Positions 28,193 to 36,875 are shown, numbered from the stretch's first letter. The stretch is 38,525 nucleotides of DNA from Clostridia bacterium (GCA_017538005.1 JAFYJR010000047.1:1-38525), one strand, 5' to 3'. Program-made: numbers and translations. The notes: generated by a model from the letters alone, not told the origin.

Positions 28193-30220
28193 ATGAAAGG
28201 ATATTGTGGAAAAATCCTCAAAGTAGACCTTACAAACAAGACATGTACAGACGTCTACATTGCGGATGAAATCTACGAAAACTTTCTCTCCGGCGCGGGA
28301 CTTGCTGCATGGTGGTGCTACAGGAATATCCCGGCCGAGTGCGACCCTATGGGTCCTGACAATGTCCTTTGCATTACTTCCGGTCTTTTGACGAGTACCG
28401 GTTCATGCATTACGGGACGTTGGATGGTCGTCACCAAATCGCCGTCGACCGGCGGTATCGGTGAGGCCAACTGCGGAGGTACTTTTGCTCCGTTTATCAA
28501 GGCATGCGGTTATGACATAATCGCATTCCACGGCGCATCAGACACCCCCGTATATCTTTACTGTGATAATAACGGTCCTGTTATCAAAGATGCTTCTCAT
28601 CTCTGGGGACAGGATGCTGCTGTCGCAGAAAGAATGATGGTCGAAGAGAACACGATTCCGGGCAAGAAAGTACCTCAGGCCTGCACAATAGGCTGGGCCG
28701 GCGAGAACAAGAGCTGGATGGCCGGCGTCTGCAACGACAACGGTCGTATTGCTGCGCGCCAGGGCGTCGGAGGTGTTATGGGCTCCAAGATGCTCAAGGG
28801 TCTTTGCTTTGCGGGTACAAAACCGGTTTCGGGTGAAAATCCGGCAGAGATCAGAAGACTTTCCAAGATGTGCGCAAGCCGTGTAAATAAGGCTTTCATG
28901 CCTCCGGAAATTCCGACAGGTCTTCTTAATGTCGCAAAATTCCTTCCCGAGATGCAGCTTTCTCCGGACGGAATCATGACAGGAGTTCTTATGGGTACAT
29001 GGGGCACCTGTGGTTCCTCACAGTTTGCAGGTCAGACAGGTGAGGCGCCGGTTAAGAACTGGGGCGGTTCCCAGAAAGAGGACTTCCACATCAAGGCTCT
29101 TTCCAGAACCGACGGTTCCAAGACCCTCAGACTCCAGACCAACCGTTATTACTGCTATTCATGCGTATACGGTTGCGGCGGCGAGCTTGATATTTCAAAG
29201 ATCAGATTTAATGATGAAGGTTACTCCAGAGTACATAAGCCCGAGTACGAGACTCAGTGGGTATTTACCGGCTTCCTCCTTAATGACGACAACGACTCGA
29301 TGCTCTACATTAACGAGTATGCAAACCGTGCCGGTATAGACACCATCTCTCTCGGCGGTACCGTAGGTATGGCCATAGAGGCATACGAGAACGGCCTTCT
29401 TAAAGAAGAAGACATCGGCTTCCCTCTTTCATGGGGTGACGCTGACAGCATTGTAAGACTCGTAAAGATGATTGTTCATCGCGAAGGCATAGGCGATATA
29501 CTCGCTGACGGTACAAAACGCGCAGTTGAAATCTTAGGTCCTGAGTTCGCAAAGTATGCTGTACAGGGCGGCGGCATGGAGCCTCCCATGCATGACTCCC
29601 GTCCCGACCCTCAGCAGGCAACACTTTACGCAATAGACGCCACACCTTCACGTCATACATCCGGCGGTTCGCTCTACTATGGCTGTATGCACCTCTGGAA
29701 GAAAGTTACCTGGGCGCCTCCGGCAGTTCTTGTCGGCGGTAAAGGCGGCGAGTGGGAGATCTCTGACGAAGAGGCTCTCAAAGTACTCGCATGCGCATAC
29801 TTCAAGCGTATCGTTGACGGTGTCGGCGGATGCTATTTCGGATTCCTTCTCGGTACCGGTATCTACCCGATCTTCGAGTGGACCGAAGCTGCGACAGGCT
29901 GGGGCGCTACACCCGATGACCTCATGTGGATAGGTAAACGCATCTACACCCTTCGCCACATGTTCAACATCAAGCAGGGTCTGGATCCCTGGTACTCACG
30001 TCCTCATCCCCGTATGGTAGGCGAGCCTCCGCTTAAGGTAGGTAAGGTAGCAGGCAAGACAGTTCCCATTGACGCCAAGATTATGCGCGTATGGAAGAAC
30101 TGCGGTTTCGATGAAAAGACAGGTTATCCTCTTCCTGAAACAGTTGAGGAACTCAACCTCAATTATTTCCTCGACAGCCCGATTGAAAACTTCATAAAGG
30201 AGGTACCGTGCAATGGCTAG
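28193..30220 (+). CDS. aor: Tungsten-dependent aldehyde:ferredoxin oxidoreductase family enzyme
   Basis: 675 aa. AOR N-terminal domain MKGYCGKILKVDLTNK..., GLAAWW, GRWMVVTKSPSTGGIGEANCGG. [4Fe-4S] motif CYSCVYGC (CxxCxxxC) plus a distal Cys (VGGCYFG). Confidence 0.9.
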   Translation: MKGYCGKILKVDLTNKTCTDVYIADEIYENFLSGAGLAAWWCYRNIPAECDPMGPDNVLCITSGLLTSTGSCITGRWMVVTKSPSTGGIGEANCGGTFAPFIKACGYDIIAFHGASDTPVYLYCDNNGPVIKDASHLWGQDAAVAERMMVEENTIPGKKVPQACTIGWAGENKSWMAGVCNDNGRIAARQGVGGVMGSKMLKGLCFAGTKPVSGENPAEIRRLSKMCASRVNKAFMPPEIPTGLLNVAKFLPEMQLSPDGIMTGVLMGTWGTCGSSQFAGQTGEAPVKNWGGSQKEDFHIKALSRTDGSKTLRLQTNRYYCYSCVYGCGGELDISKIRFNDEGYSRVHKPEYETQWVFTGFLLNDDNDSMLYINEYANRAGIDTISLGGTVGMAIEAYENGLLKEEDIGFPLSWGDADSIVRLVKMIVHREGIGDILADGTKRAVEILGPEFAKYAVQGGGMEPPMHDSRPDPQQATLYAIDATPSRHTSGGSLYYGCMHLWKKVTWAPPAVLVGGKGGEWEISDEEALKVLACAYFKRIVDGVGGCYFGFLLGTGIYPIFEWTEAATGWGATPDDLMWIGKRIYTLRHMFNIKQGLDPWYSRPHPRMVGEPPLKVGKVAGKTVPIDAKIMRVWKNCGFDEKTGYPLPETVEELNLNYFLDSPIENFIKEVPCNG

Positions 30221-30938
30221 CTATATACCTTTCATCAACTATGATCAGTGCTATGGCTGCAAGGCATGCCTTTACAATTGCCCGGTCAGCCTCTTTACGC
30301 TTTCGCATAAAGTTACACGCCGCGGTATGCTCCGTGAACTTCCTGCGACAACATACCTTGAGCGCTGCATAGGCTGCGGCGTGTGCGCACGCGCGTGCCC
30401 CGTTGAAGCCATAGACATGCTCAAGTGCCCTCCCGGCGAGGGTGAACCCGTATACATGGATTGGGACAAGCCCGTCTGGATTGACCCGAACACCTGCAAA
30501 GGCTGTACTGCCTGCGCGCGTGCCTGCCCGGCCAACGCAATTGTAAGCAAGGTCAAGCAACCTCACGTAATCGAGCAGGATAAGTGCATCCGCTGTGGCT
30601 GTTGTATCGAAAAGTGCAAGTTCAACAGCATTCACAACTCAGACGATCCCATTCCTGAGTATATCCCTCCGGTAGAGGAACCCAAGAAGGAAGAGGCCCC
30701 CAAGGCAGAAGCAAAAGCAGAAGCGCCCAAGGCCGCGCCTGCGCCTCAGGAGAAGATTGAAGGCAAATACAGCATCAATCCCGAGAAGTGCAAGGGCTGC
30801 ACCGCCTGCGCCCGCGTCTGCCCCGCTGAAGCAATCTCCGGCGAGGTCAAGCAGCCTCATGTCATAGACCAGGAGGCTTGCCTCGGCTGCGGCGCCTGCG
30901 CTGAAAAGTGCAAGTTTGACGCCATCTCTCAGAACTGA
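30213..30938 (+). CDS. Polyferredoxin with six [4Fe-4S] binding motifs (three 2x[4Fe-4S] modules), probable AOR electron-transfer subunit
   Basis: Six Cys motifs: CYGCKACLYNCP, CIGCGVCARACP, CKGCTACARACP, CIRCGCCIEKC, CKGCTACARVCP, CLGCGACAEKC. 8-nt overlap with aor (ATGGCTAG). Pro/Glu/Ala/Lys linker at aa 141-186. Confidence 0.9.
   Translation: MASYIPFINYDQCYGCKACLYNCPVSLFTLSHKVTRRGMLRELPATTYLERCIGCGVCARACPVEAIDMLKCPPGEGEPVYMDWDKPVWIDPNTCKGCTACARACPANAIVSKVKQPHVIEQDKCIRCGCCIEKCKFNSIHNSDDPIPEYIPPVEEPKKEEAPKAEAKAEAPKAAPAPQEKIEGKYSINPEKCKGCTACARVCPAEAISGEVKQPHVIDQEACLGCGACAEKCKFDAISQN
30495..30935 (+). repeat. Intragenic direct duplication of a 2x[4Fe-4S] module
   Basis: nt 30495-30632 (CKGCTACARACPANAIVSKVKQPHVIEQDKCIRCGCCIEKCKFNSI) and 30789-30935 (CKGCTACARVCPAEAISGEVKQPHVIDQEACLGCGACAEKCKFDAISQN) are clearly similar at protein and DNA level. 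They are separated by the low-complexity linker 30633-30770. Confidence 0.7.
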
Positions 30939-30958
30939 TTTAAAGGGAGGCGCGTGTA

Positions 30959-31354
30959 ATGAATCACTTCTTATCAGTCATTTCAGCAGTCATAAATGTC
31001 AATGTTTATTCAATAACCGTAAATGCCGATAATGTCGGCACGGTTGTTAAGTACAGACAACGGATTGACAGCGCTGAAATAAACAAACCTGAAGAAAATG
31101 AGACTGAAACAGAACCCGGCAAAGACTCGATTCTTACGCGTGTTGCCAAAGCTCTCTTGTCCGGCATTTCTGCTCATGTTGATGTGCATGTTTTCTCGGT
31201 TGAAGTCAATGGAAAAACAGTTGATGCGGTTTTGGAAACGGATGGTTTTTCCGTCACCAAACTTCCGGATCCCGCTGAAGACTCTGCTCCCGAACCCGTC
31301 AAAGTAACAAAGACCGAAAAGAAACCGGTCAAGAAAACTTCAACAAAGAAATAA
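30959..31354 (+). CDS. Hypothetical protein with internal duplication and lysine-rich tail
   Basis: 131 aa. Strong SD AGGGAGG 8 nt upstream. Same strand, 20 nt after the polyferredoxin and before the operon terminator. aa 4-31 and 66-93 are 12/28 identical. No family recognised. Confidence 0.65.
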   Translation: MNHFLSVISAVINVNVYSITVNADNVGTVVKYRQRIDSAEINKPEENETETEPGKDSILTRVAKALLSGISAHVDVHVFSVEVNGKTVDAVLETDGFSVTKLPDPAEDSAPEPVKVTKTEKKPVKKTSTKK

Positions 31355-31373
31355 CAGCAAAGAATAACAAAAA

Positions 31374-31413
31374 GACTCCCGAGCAACCGCTCGGGAGTCT
31401 CTTTATTTTTTTT
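31374..31413. terminator. Bidirectional rho-independent terminator
   Basis: 11-bp stem GACTCCCGAGC (31374-31384) / GCTCGGGAGTC (31389-31399), loop AACC, T-run TCTTTATTTTTTTT downstream and A-rich tract upstream. Lies between convergent operons. Confidence 0.88.
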
Positions 31414-31416
31414 GAT

Positions 31417-33000
31417 TTAAGCCATCTCTTTTTCTTTCTTGCTCAGGATATATGCTGCGCCGCAGAGGGCAGCTATGCTTATGGGATAGAAGGCAAGAGG
31501 AAGAGTGGTGTTGGTCGGGTAGTCGGTGGGAGCGATGACTTCGGGTTCTTCTACTGTGAAGTTTGCTGTGGCTTCACCGCCGTCGCTGAAGACTACCTTT
31601 AAGGTGTGGTCACCGGGTGAAAGCGTGCTTACAAAAGCTGCCGGGAAGGTTATTACCGTTGAGCCTTCGGTGGCCTTGTAATTTGATTTGTCGACTGCGG
31701 TTTCATCGATGAAAACTTTGCCTCCGTTTTTGAAGAGTGAGAAATCTGCATCGATGCGGAAGACGAGATCTTTGCCGCTGTTCGGATCAACACTCTGGCC
31801 TTTGCCCTCTGTTACATTGTATATTTCCGCGTTCGGTTTGAATGAGAAATAGAGGGTGAAATAGTCGGCGCCGAATGTGTTGTCAGGGCTGAGGACTATT
31901 TCCTCTGCGCCGGGGATGGTTATCTCAATGTCTTCGTTCGCCGCAAAAACAGCTGAATCAGAACTGAGGTTTACTTCTACACCGTATGTCTTGCCGGCTT
32001 CGAATTTGCCTTCGAAATACTCGTTTTCTTCGGGACCGTTTTCAGGGTCTGCCGGTATGCCGGTGAGGAAATAGGCGTTTGCCACTTCACAGGCTTTGCC
32101 GTTTACCGTGATTGTCGGAAGAAGGTCCGGGTAGTCCGCCGTTATTGTGTAGTCGGGAGCGAGTTCTATCTCCGTAGGGACAAACTTTACTTCATCCTTT
32201 ATTGTCGGAGGCGTGAATTTTAGCTCCGCTGTCTCTATTATTTCGGCCTCTTCCCAGCCGGCGTAAATCTCAACATCCTTTGTGAGCTTCTTGCCAAACT
32301 CATAGGCCTTTGTGCATTTCTTGTTTGCGTACCAGCCCGTGAAGTTGTAGCCGGCTCTTTCCGGATCAAACTCCGGTTTGGAGGATTCTGAACCTGAAGG
32401 TACTGTTATCTCTAATGTATAGTCCTCATCAGGGGAGTCCGGAATAACATGACAAATAATTGTGTTTGCTGTGTCACATTCCGTTGTGATGTAGAGTGTG
32501 AGCGAAAGGTTGTCGTTGTTTGGAGACAGCGTGTAGCCTTTGACATAGTAGGCGTCATCATTGACTGTAACTTTCAGTGAATCACTGAAGGTGTAGCCGG
32601 AATCCTTGTTCAGTGTTATGTTGAATGCTGCGATGTATTCCGTACCCTTTACAAAGCTGCCCTCGTAGAAGGTATAACCGTCATCTGCGAAGGGGCAGTC
32701 GTATGTGTCCGCACCTGTGACAACATAGGCATAGGCAGTGTCGTATTCTACTTCCCAGATTTCTTCAAAGTTGAAGTTTATGTAAGGTGTATTGGTCTGT
32801 TCGTTTACTTTGTACTGCTTGCCGTCCTCATCCTCGTATGTTACCTCGGAAACTTCCGTTTCTTCTCCGTCAACAGGCGGAAGAGTTAAGGTGACTTCAA
32901 ATTCGCTGATTGTGTTATCGTCAGCGGCGAATGCAGTAAGGGGCATGAGGGATACTGTGAGCATTACTGCCAGAAGACAGGCTAAAAGCTTCTTTTTCAT
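31417..33000 (-). CDS. Secreted cell-surface protein with Listeria-Bacteroides (InlB B-type) repeat and C-terminal hydrophobic anchor
   Basis: Signal peptide MKKKLLACLLAVMLTVSLMPLTAFA. GYNFTGWYANKKCTKAYEFGKKLTKDVEIYAGW matches the Flg_new/InlB-B repeat. C-terminal LPLAFYPISIAALCGAAYILSKKEKE is a hydrophobic helix plus basic tail with no clear LPxTG. Confidence 0.7.
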   Translation of the reverse strand: MKKKLLACLLAVMLTVSLMPLTAFAADDNTISEFEVTLTLPPVDGEETEVSEVTYEDEDGKQYKVNEQTNTPYINFNFEEIWEVEYDTAYAYVVTGADTYDCPFADDGYTFYEGSFVKGTEYIAAFNITLNKDSGYTFSDSLKVTVNDDAYYVKGYTLSPNNDNLSLTLYITTECDTANTIICHVIPDSPDEDYTLEITVPSGSESSKPEFDPERAGYNFTGWYANKKCTKAYEFGKKLTKDVEIYAGWEEAEIIETAELKFTPPTIKDEVKFVPTEIELAPDYTITADYPDLLPTITVNGKACEVANAYFLTGIPADPENGPEENEYFEGKFEAGKTYGVEVNLSSDSAVFAANEDIEITIPGAEEIVLSPDNTFGADYFTLYFSFKPNAEIYNVTEGKGQSVDPNSGKDLVFRIDADFSLFKNGGKVFIDETAVDKSNYKATEGSTVITFPAAFVSTLSPGDHTLKVVFSDGGEATANFTVEEPEVIAPTDYPTNTTLPLAFYPISIAALCGAAYILSKKEKEMA

Positions 33001-33038
33001 TTGTTTGCACCTCTTTTTGTTGTTTTGTGAGGTTTTAC

Positions 33039-34211
33039 TTAAAGTCTGGCGACGCCGGAGTCGCGGGCGGCTTTGGCGACGGCCTTCGCGACGGCGTCCT
33101 TGACGCGGGGGTCGAAGGCCGCGGGAAGAATGTAGTCTGCATTGAGCTCGTCAACTGAGACGAGGTCGGCGAGAGCGTGAGCCGCGGCAATCTTCATCTC
33201 GTCGTTTATGTCAGAAGCGCGAACGTCGAGAGCGCCGCGGAAGATGCCGGGGAAGGCGAGGACGTTGTTTACCTGGTTCGGATAGTCCGAACGGCCTGTG
33301 GAAACAACGGCTGCGCCGGCGGCTTTGGCTTCGTCGGGGAAGATTTCGGGTGTGGGATTTGCGCAGGCAAAGATAATCGGATCTTTGGCCATTGTCTTTA
33401 CCATATCCTGAGTGAGTGTGCCCGGAGCGGATACGCCGATAAATACGTCGGCGCCTTTTATTACTTCCGCGAGAGTGCCTTTCTCCTTATTTCTGTTTGT
33501 GATTTTGGCCATCTCTTCCTTTATCGGATTCAGGCCCTCGCGGCCTTCGTAGATGGCGCCTGTGCGGTCTGTCATTATTACATTGTTCAGACCGTTTGCT
33601 ATAAGAAGACGGATTATCGCTATACCCGCGGCACCTGCGCCGGAGGTTACGACTTTGATGTCATTGATGTCCTTGCCGACAAGTTTTAAAGCGTTCATGA
33701 GACCGGCGAGTGTGATGACGGCTGTGCCGTGCTGGTCGTCGTGGAAGATCGGAATGTCCGATACTTCCTTGAGTCTCTTTTCAATCTCAAAGCAGCGGGG
33801 CGCGGAGATGTCTTCAAGATTAACTCCGCCGAAGGAGCCGAGGAGAAGTTCGCATGTCTTTACTATCTCGTCAACATCCTTGGAGCGGATGCAGAGGGGT
33901 ACGGCGTCAACGCCGCCGAACTCCTTGAAGAGTACGCATTTGCCTTCCATGACGGGCATGCCCGCCTCGGGGCCTATGTCGCCGAGACCGAGGACGGCTG
34001 TGCCGTCTGTTATAACGGCGACAGTGTTCCAGCGGCGAGTGAGTTCATAGGACTTTTCGATATCCTTCTGAATCTCAAGGCAGGGCTGCGCAACGCCCGG
34101 AGTGTATGCGAGGGAGAGGGCTTCCTTTGAGTCAACTTTCGCGCGGGAGATGACTTCTATCTTGCCCTTCCATTCGTAGTGGAGTTTTAAGGATTCTTCT
34201 GCGTAGTTCAT
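33039..34211 (-). CDS. NAD(P)-dependent malic enzyme (short form, no PTA domain)
   Basis: 390 aa, SLKLHYEWKGKIEV, LSLAYTPGVAQPC, VITDGTAVLGLGDIGP.AGMPVMEGK, GAGAAG Rossmann. Confidence 0.9.
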   Translation of the reverse strand: MNYAEESLKLHYEWKGKIEVISRAKVDSKEALSLAYTPGVAQPCLEIQKDIEKSYELTRRWNTVAVITDGTAVLGLGDIGPEAGMPVMEGKCVLFKEFGGVDAVPLCIRSKDVDEIVKTCELLLGSFGGVNLEDISAPRCFEIEKRLKEVSDIPIFHDDQHGTAVITLAGLMNALKLVGKDINDIKVVTSGAGAAGIAIIRLLIANGLNNVIMTDRTGAIYEGREGLNPIKEEMAKITNRNKEKGTLAEVIKGADVFIGVSAPGTLTQDMVKTMAKDPIIFACANPTPEIFPDEAKAAGAAVVSTGRSDYPNQVNNVLAFPGIFRGALDVRASDINDEMKIAAAHALADLVSVDELNADYILPAAFDPRVKDAVAKAVAKAARDSGVARL

Positions 34212-34213
34212 GC

Positions 34214-35323
34214 TCAGTCCTCCCAGGGGAATTTGTAGTCAAGGTTGAACTGGTCACGGACTGCCATGAATTCCTTCTGAACGGGACCTGTGATCGGGAC
34301 ACCGTCAACAAGTCGCTGCTTGTATACTTCCCATTCTTTTTCGCCGGCGGAATAGATGCGATCCTGTCCGGGCTGCTTCTTCGAAGCGCGGACCTTGCGG
34401 ATGATTTCGCCGGCCTTCTTGCGGGCGAGGTCTTCGCCGAGGAAGTGGTTTGTGTCTATGGCAATGAAGAAGTGACCGAGATGATACGGACGGATGTTGC
34501 CGTTCTCATCCTTGCCGTCGAGGTCCTTTCCGTACCAGCCGTCCTGAAGGATGGAGGAGAGGAGTTCTATTACCATGGCGTAGCCGTAGCCCTTGTAGCC
34601 GCCGAGTTCCTCGCCGATACCGCCGAGGGTCGTGAGAGCGGCTGTGCCCTGTCTGATCTTCTTGAGGGCAACGCCTGCATCGCCTTCAACAGCGTTACCG
34701 TCTATGTCGATAACAGTGCCGGGATGTACATCTGCGCCTATGCGCTCGTAGTATTCAATCTTACCGTTCTGTGTGATTGAAGTCGCGCAGTCGATAACGA
34801 AGTCGAACTCCTCATCTGTAGGAATACCGATGGTGAGCGGGTTTGTACCGAACATGCCTTCAACACCGAACGTGGGAGCAACTGAAGGACGGGCATTTGT
34901 ACCGGTGATGCCTATGCAGCCCTGCTTCGTGGCCTGTGTGGCATAGTAACCGGCGATACCGTAGTGGCAGGAGTTGCGGACAGCAACCATACCCATACCG
35001 TATTTCTTGGCCTTGTCGATAGCCATCTGCATTGAGCGCTGGCCTATGACCTGACCCATGCCGTGGTGACCGTCAACAACTGCCGTTGTCTCTGTCTCTT
35101 TGATGATTTCAAAATCTGTCTTCGCAAACTGAATGCCTGCGTTGATGCGGTCAATGTAGACCGGCTTGAAACGGTTTACACCGTGTGAGTTGATACCGCG
35201 CTTGTCGGATTCGACAAGTACATCGGCAACTATTGCGGCCTCGTCAGCGGGCACGCCGATGGCCGTGAAGGCATCGGTCATAAAGTGACGGAGGGTTTCA
35301 AAATCCATATTGTTTCTGTCCAT
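34214..35323 (-). CDS. Ldh_2-family (malate/L-lactate/sulfolactate type-2) dehydrogenase
   Basis: 369 aa. DVLVESDKRGINSHGVNRF, GMGMVAVRNSCHYGIAGYY, GTNPLTIGIP, GGYKGYGYAMVIELL typical of the Ldh_2 family. Its 3' end carries the SD of the malic enzyme gene (2-nt gap). Confidence 0.85.
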   Translation of the reverse strand: MDRNNMDFETLRHFMTDAFTAIGVPADEAAIVADVLVESDKRGINSHGVNRFKPVYIDRINAGIQFAKTDFEIIKETETTAVVDGHHGMGQVIGQRSMQMAIDKAKKYGMGMVAVRNSCHYGIAGYYATQATKQGCIGITGTNARPSVAPTFGVEGMFGTNPLTIGIPTDEEFDFVIDCATSITQNGKIEYYERIGADVHPGTVIDIDGNAVEGDAGVALKKIRQGTAALTTLGGIGEELGGYKGYGYAMVIELLSSILQDGWYGKDLDGKDENGNIRPYHLGHFFIAIDTNHFLGEDLARKKAGEIIRKVRASKKQPGQDRIYSAGEKEWEVYKQRLVDGVPITGPVQKEFMAVRDQFNLDYKFPWED

Positions 35324-35333
35324 AATTTCCTCC

Positions 35334-36863
35334 TTATTCGGGATCTACCCAGCTCATTGCGCGTGTAACGGCCTTCTTCCAGCCCTTGTACATTGTCTCG
35401 CGTTTTTCGGCGTCCATGTCGGGCTTGAAGATCTTCGCTACCTGTCTGTTTTCTTCTATTTCGTCAGTGTCCTTCCATACGCCGCAGGCGAGACCCGCAA
35501 GGTAAGCGGCGCCGAGAGCGGTTGTCTCGACAACCTTCGGTCTGTTGACCTCGCAGTTTAAGAAGTCTGACTGAATCTGCATCATGATGTTGGAGACGGA
35601 AGCGCCGCCGTCAACACGGAGTGAGGAGATGGAGAGACCGGAGTCGTCTTCCATCGCTCTGATGAGGTCAACTACCTGGTATGCGAGAGCTTCGAGTACC
35701 GCTCTCGCGAAGTGGGCGCGGTTCGCGCCGCGGGTAAGACCTACTATGCAGCCGCGCGCGTACATATCCCAGTAGGGGGCGCCGAGGCCGGTGAAGGCGG
35801 GTACGATGTACACGCCGTTTGTGTCCGGAACGGACTCGGCGAGCTCATCGCAGCGCGCGGCGTTGTCGATGAGATGAATCTCATCGCGCAGCCACTGGAT
35901 AGTACAGCCAGCATTGAAGGCTGAGCCTTCAATTGCGTATGTTGTCTTGCCGTTTAATGACCAGGCAACGCCTGTTGTGAGCTGGTTCTTGGAATGAACG
36001 CGCTCAGAACCGGAGTTCATGAGAAGGAAGCAGCCTGTGCCGTATGTGGACTTGGCCATACCCTTGTTGAAGCAGGCCTGTCCGAAGAGGGCTGCGGGCT
36101 GGTCGCCGATGGCGCCTGAAACAGGTGTGCCGGCGAGAGTCTCAAGACCCGGGATATCCGGAGCCACATGACCGTAAACCATTGATGACGGTACGGGCTT
36201 CGGAAGGATGTTCATGGGGATACCTATCTCTTTGCAGAGGTATTCGTCCCACTCAAGTTTATCTACATCGAATATCATCGTTCTGGAAGCATTCGAGTAG
36301 TCTGTTACATGAACCGCCGACTCGGGGTGTGTGGCACCGCCTGTGAGGTTCCAGATGAGCCATGTCTCAACAGTACCGAAGAGGAGGTTGCCGGCGTCGG
36401 CGAGTTCCTTGGCGCCTTCAACATTATCAAGGAGCCATTTGATCTTTGTGGCTGAGAAGTAGGCGTCAATAAGGAGACCGGTGTGGTCGCGGACATATTT
36501 CTCGAGGCCGCGTGCCTTGAGGTCTTCACACATGGCCGCGGTTCTTCTGCATTGCCATACGGGAGCGTTGTAGATGGGGAGACCTGTGGTCTTGTCCCAC
36601 AAAATTGTGGTCTCGCGCTGGTTTGTGACACCTATGCAGGCGATGTCTTCAGCCGTGACCGCACCCTCGGAGAGGATGGTGGAGATGGACTGATACTCAG
36701 AATAGAGGATGTCCATCGGGTTGTGTTCTACCCAGCCTGCCTGAGGGTAATGCTGCTCAAATTCACGCTGTGACTTGGCGATGATATTGCCGTGCTTGTC
36801 GAATACAATGGCGCGGGAGCTTGTGGTACCCTGGTCGAGAGCCATTACATATTGGTTTGCCAT
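35334..36863 (-). CDS. glpK: Glycerol kinase
   Basis: 509 aa, YVMALDQGTTSSRAIVFDKHGNI, GVTNQRETTILWDK.TG.P, GDQPAALFGQ, canonical FGGY kinase. Confidence 0.94.
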   Translation of the reverse strand: MANQYVMALDQGTTSSRAIVFDKHGNIIAKSQREFEQHYPQAGWVEHNPMDILYSEYQSISTILSEGAVTAEDIACIGVTNQRETTILWDKTTGLPIYNAPVWQCRRTAAMCEDLKARGLEKYVRDHTGLLIDAYFSATKIKWLLDNVEGAKELADAGNLLFGTVETWLIWNLTGGATHPESAVHVTDYSNASRTMIFDVDKLEWDEYLCKEIGIPMNILPKPVPSSMVYGHVAPDIPGLETLAGTPVSGAIGDQPAALFGQACFNKGMAKSTYGTGCFLLMNSGSERVHSKNQLTTGVAWSLNGKTTYAIEGSAFNAGCTIQWLRDEIHLIDNAARCDELAESVPDTNGVYIVPAFTGLGAPYWDMYARGCIVGLTRGANRAHFARAVLEALAYQVVDLIRAMEDDSGLSISSLRVDGGASVSNIMMQIQSDFLNCEVNRPKVVETTALGAAYLAGLACGVWKDTDEIEENRQVAKIFKPDMDAEKRETMYKGWKKAVTRAMSWVDPE

Positions 36864-36875
36864 AGTGTGACCTCC

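Noticed and set aside
28193-30220. Possible selenocysteine recoding or frameshift in AOR or PFOR.
   Set aside because: Both reading frames are uninterrupted. No in-frame TGA or split ORFs were seen.
30633-30770. Short imperfect GCAGAAGCAAAAGCAGAAGCG-type periodicity, considered as a tandem repeat or CRISPR-like signal.
   Set aside because: It is in-frame coding low complexity (the EAPKAEAKAEAPKAAPAP linker) inside the polyferredoxin gene. There are no spacer/repeat organisation or flanking cas genes.
33177-34130. Plus-strand ORFs (33177-33689, 33553-34050, 33729-34130) opposite the malic enzyme gene. A similar set lies at 35584-37199 and 37476-38002 opposite glpK and PFOR.
   Set aside because: These are antisense shadows of strongly supported enzymes. 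They overlap each other in different frames and have no ribosome-binding sites.
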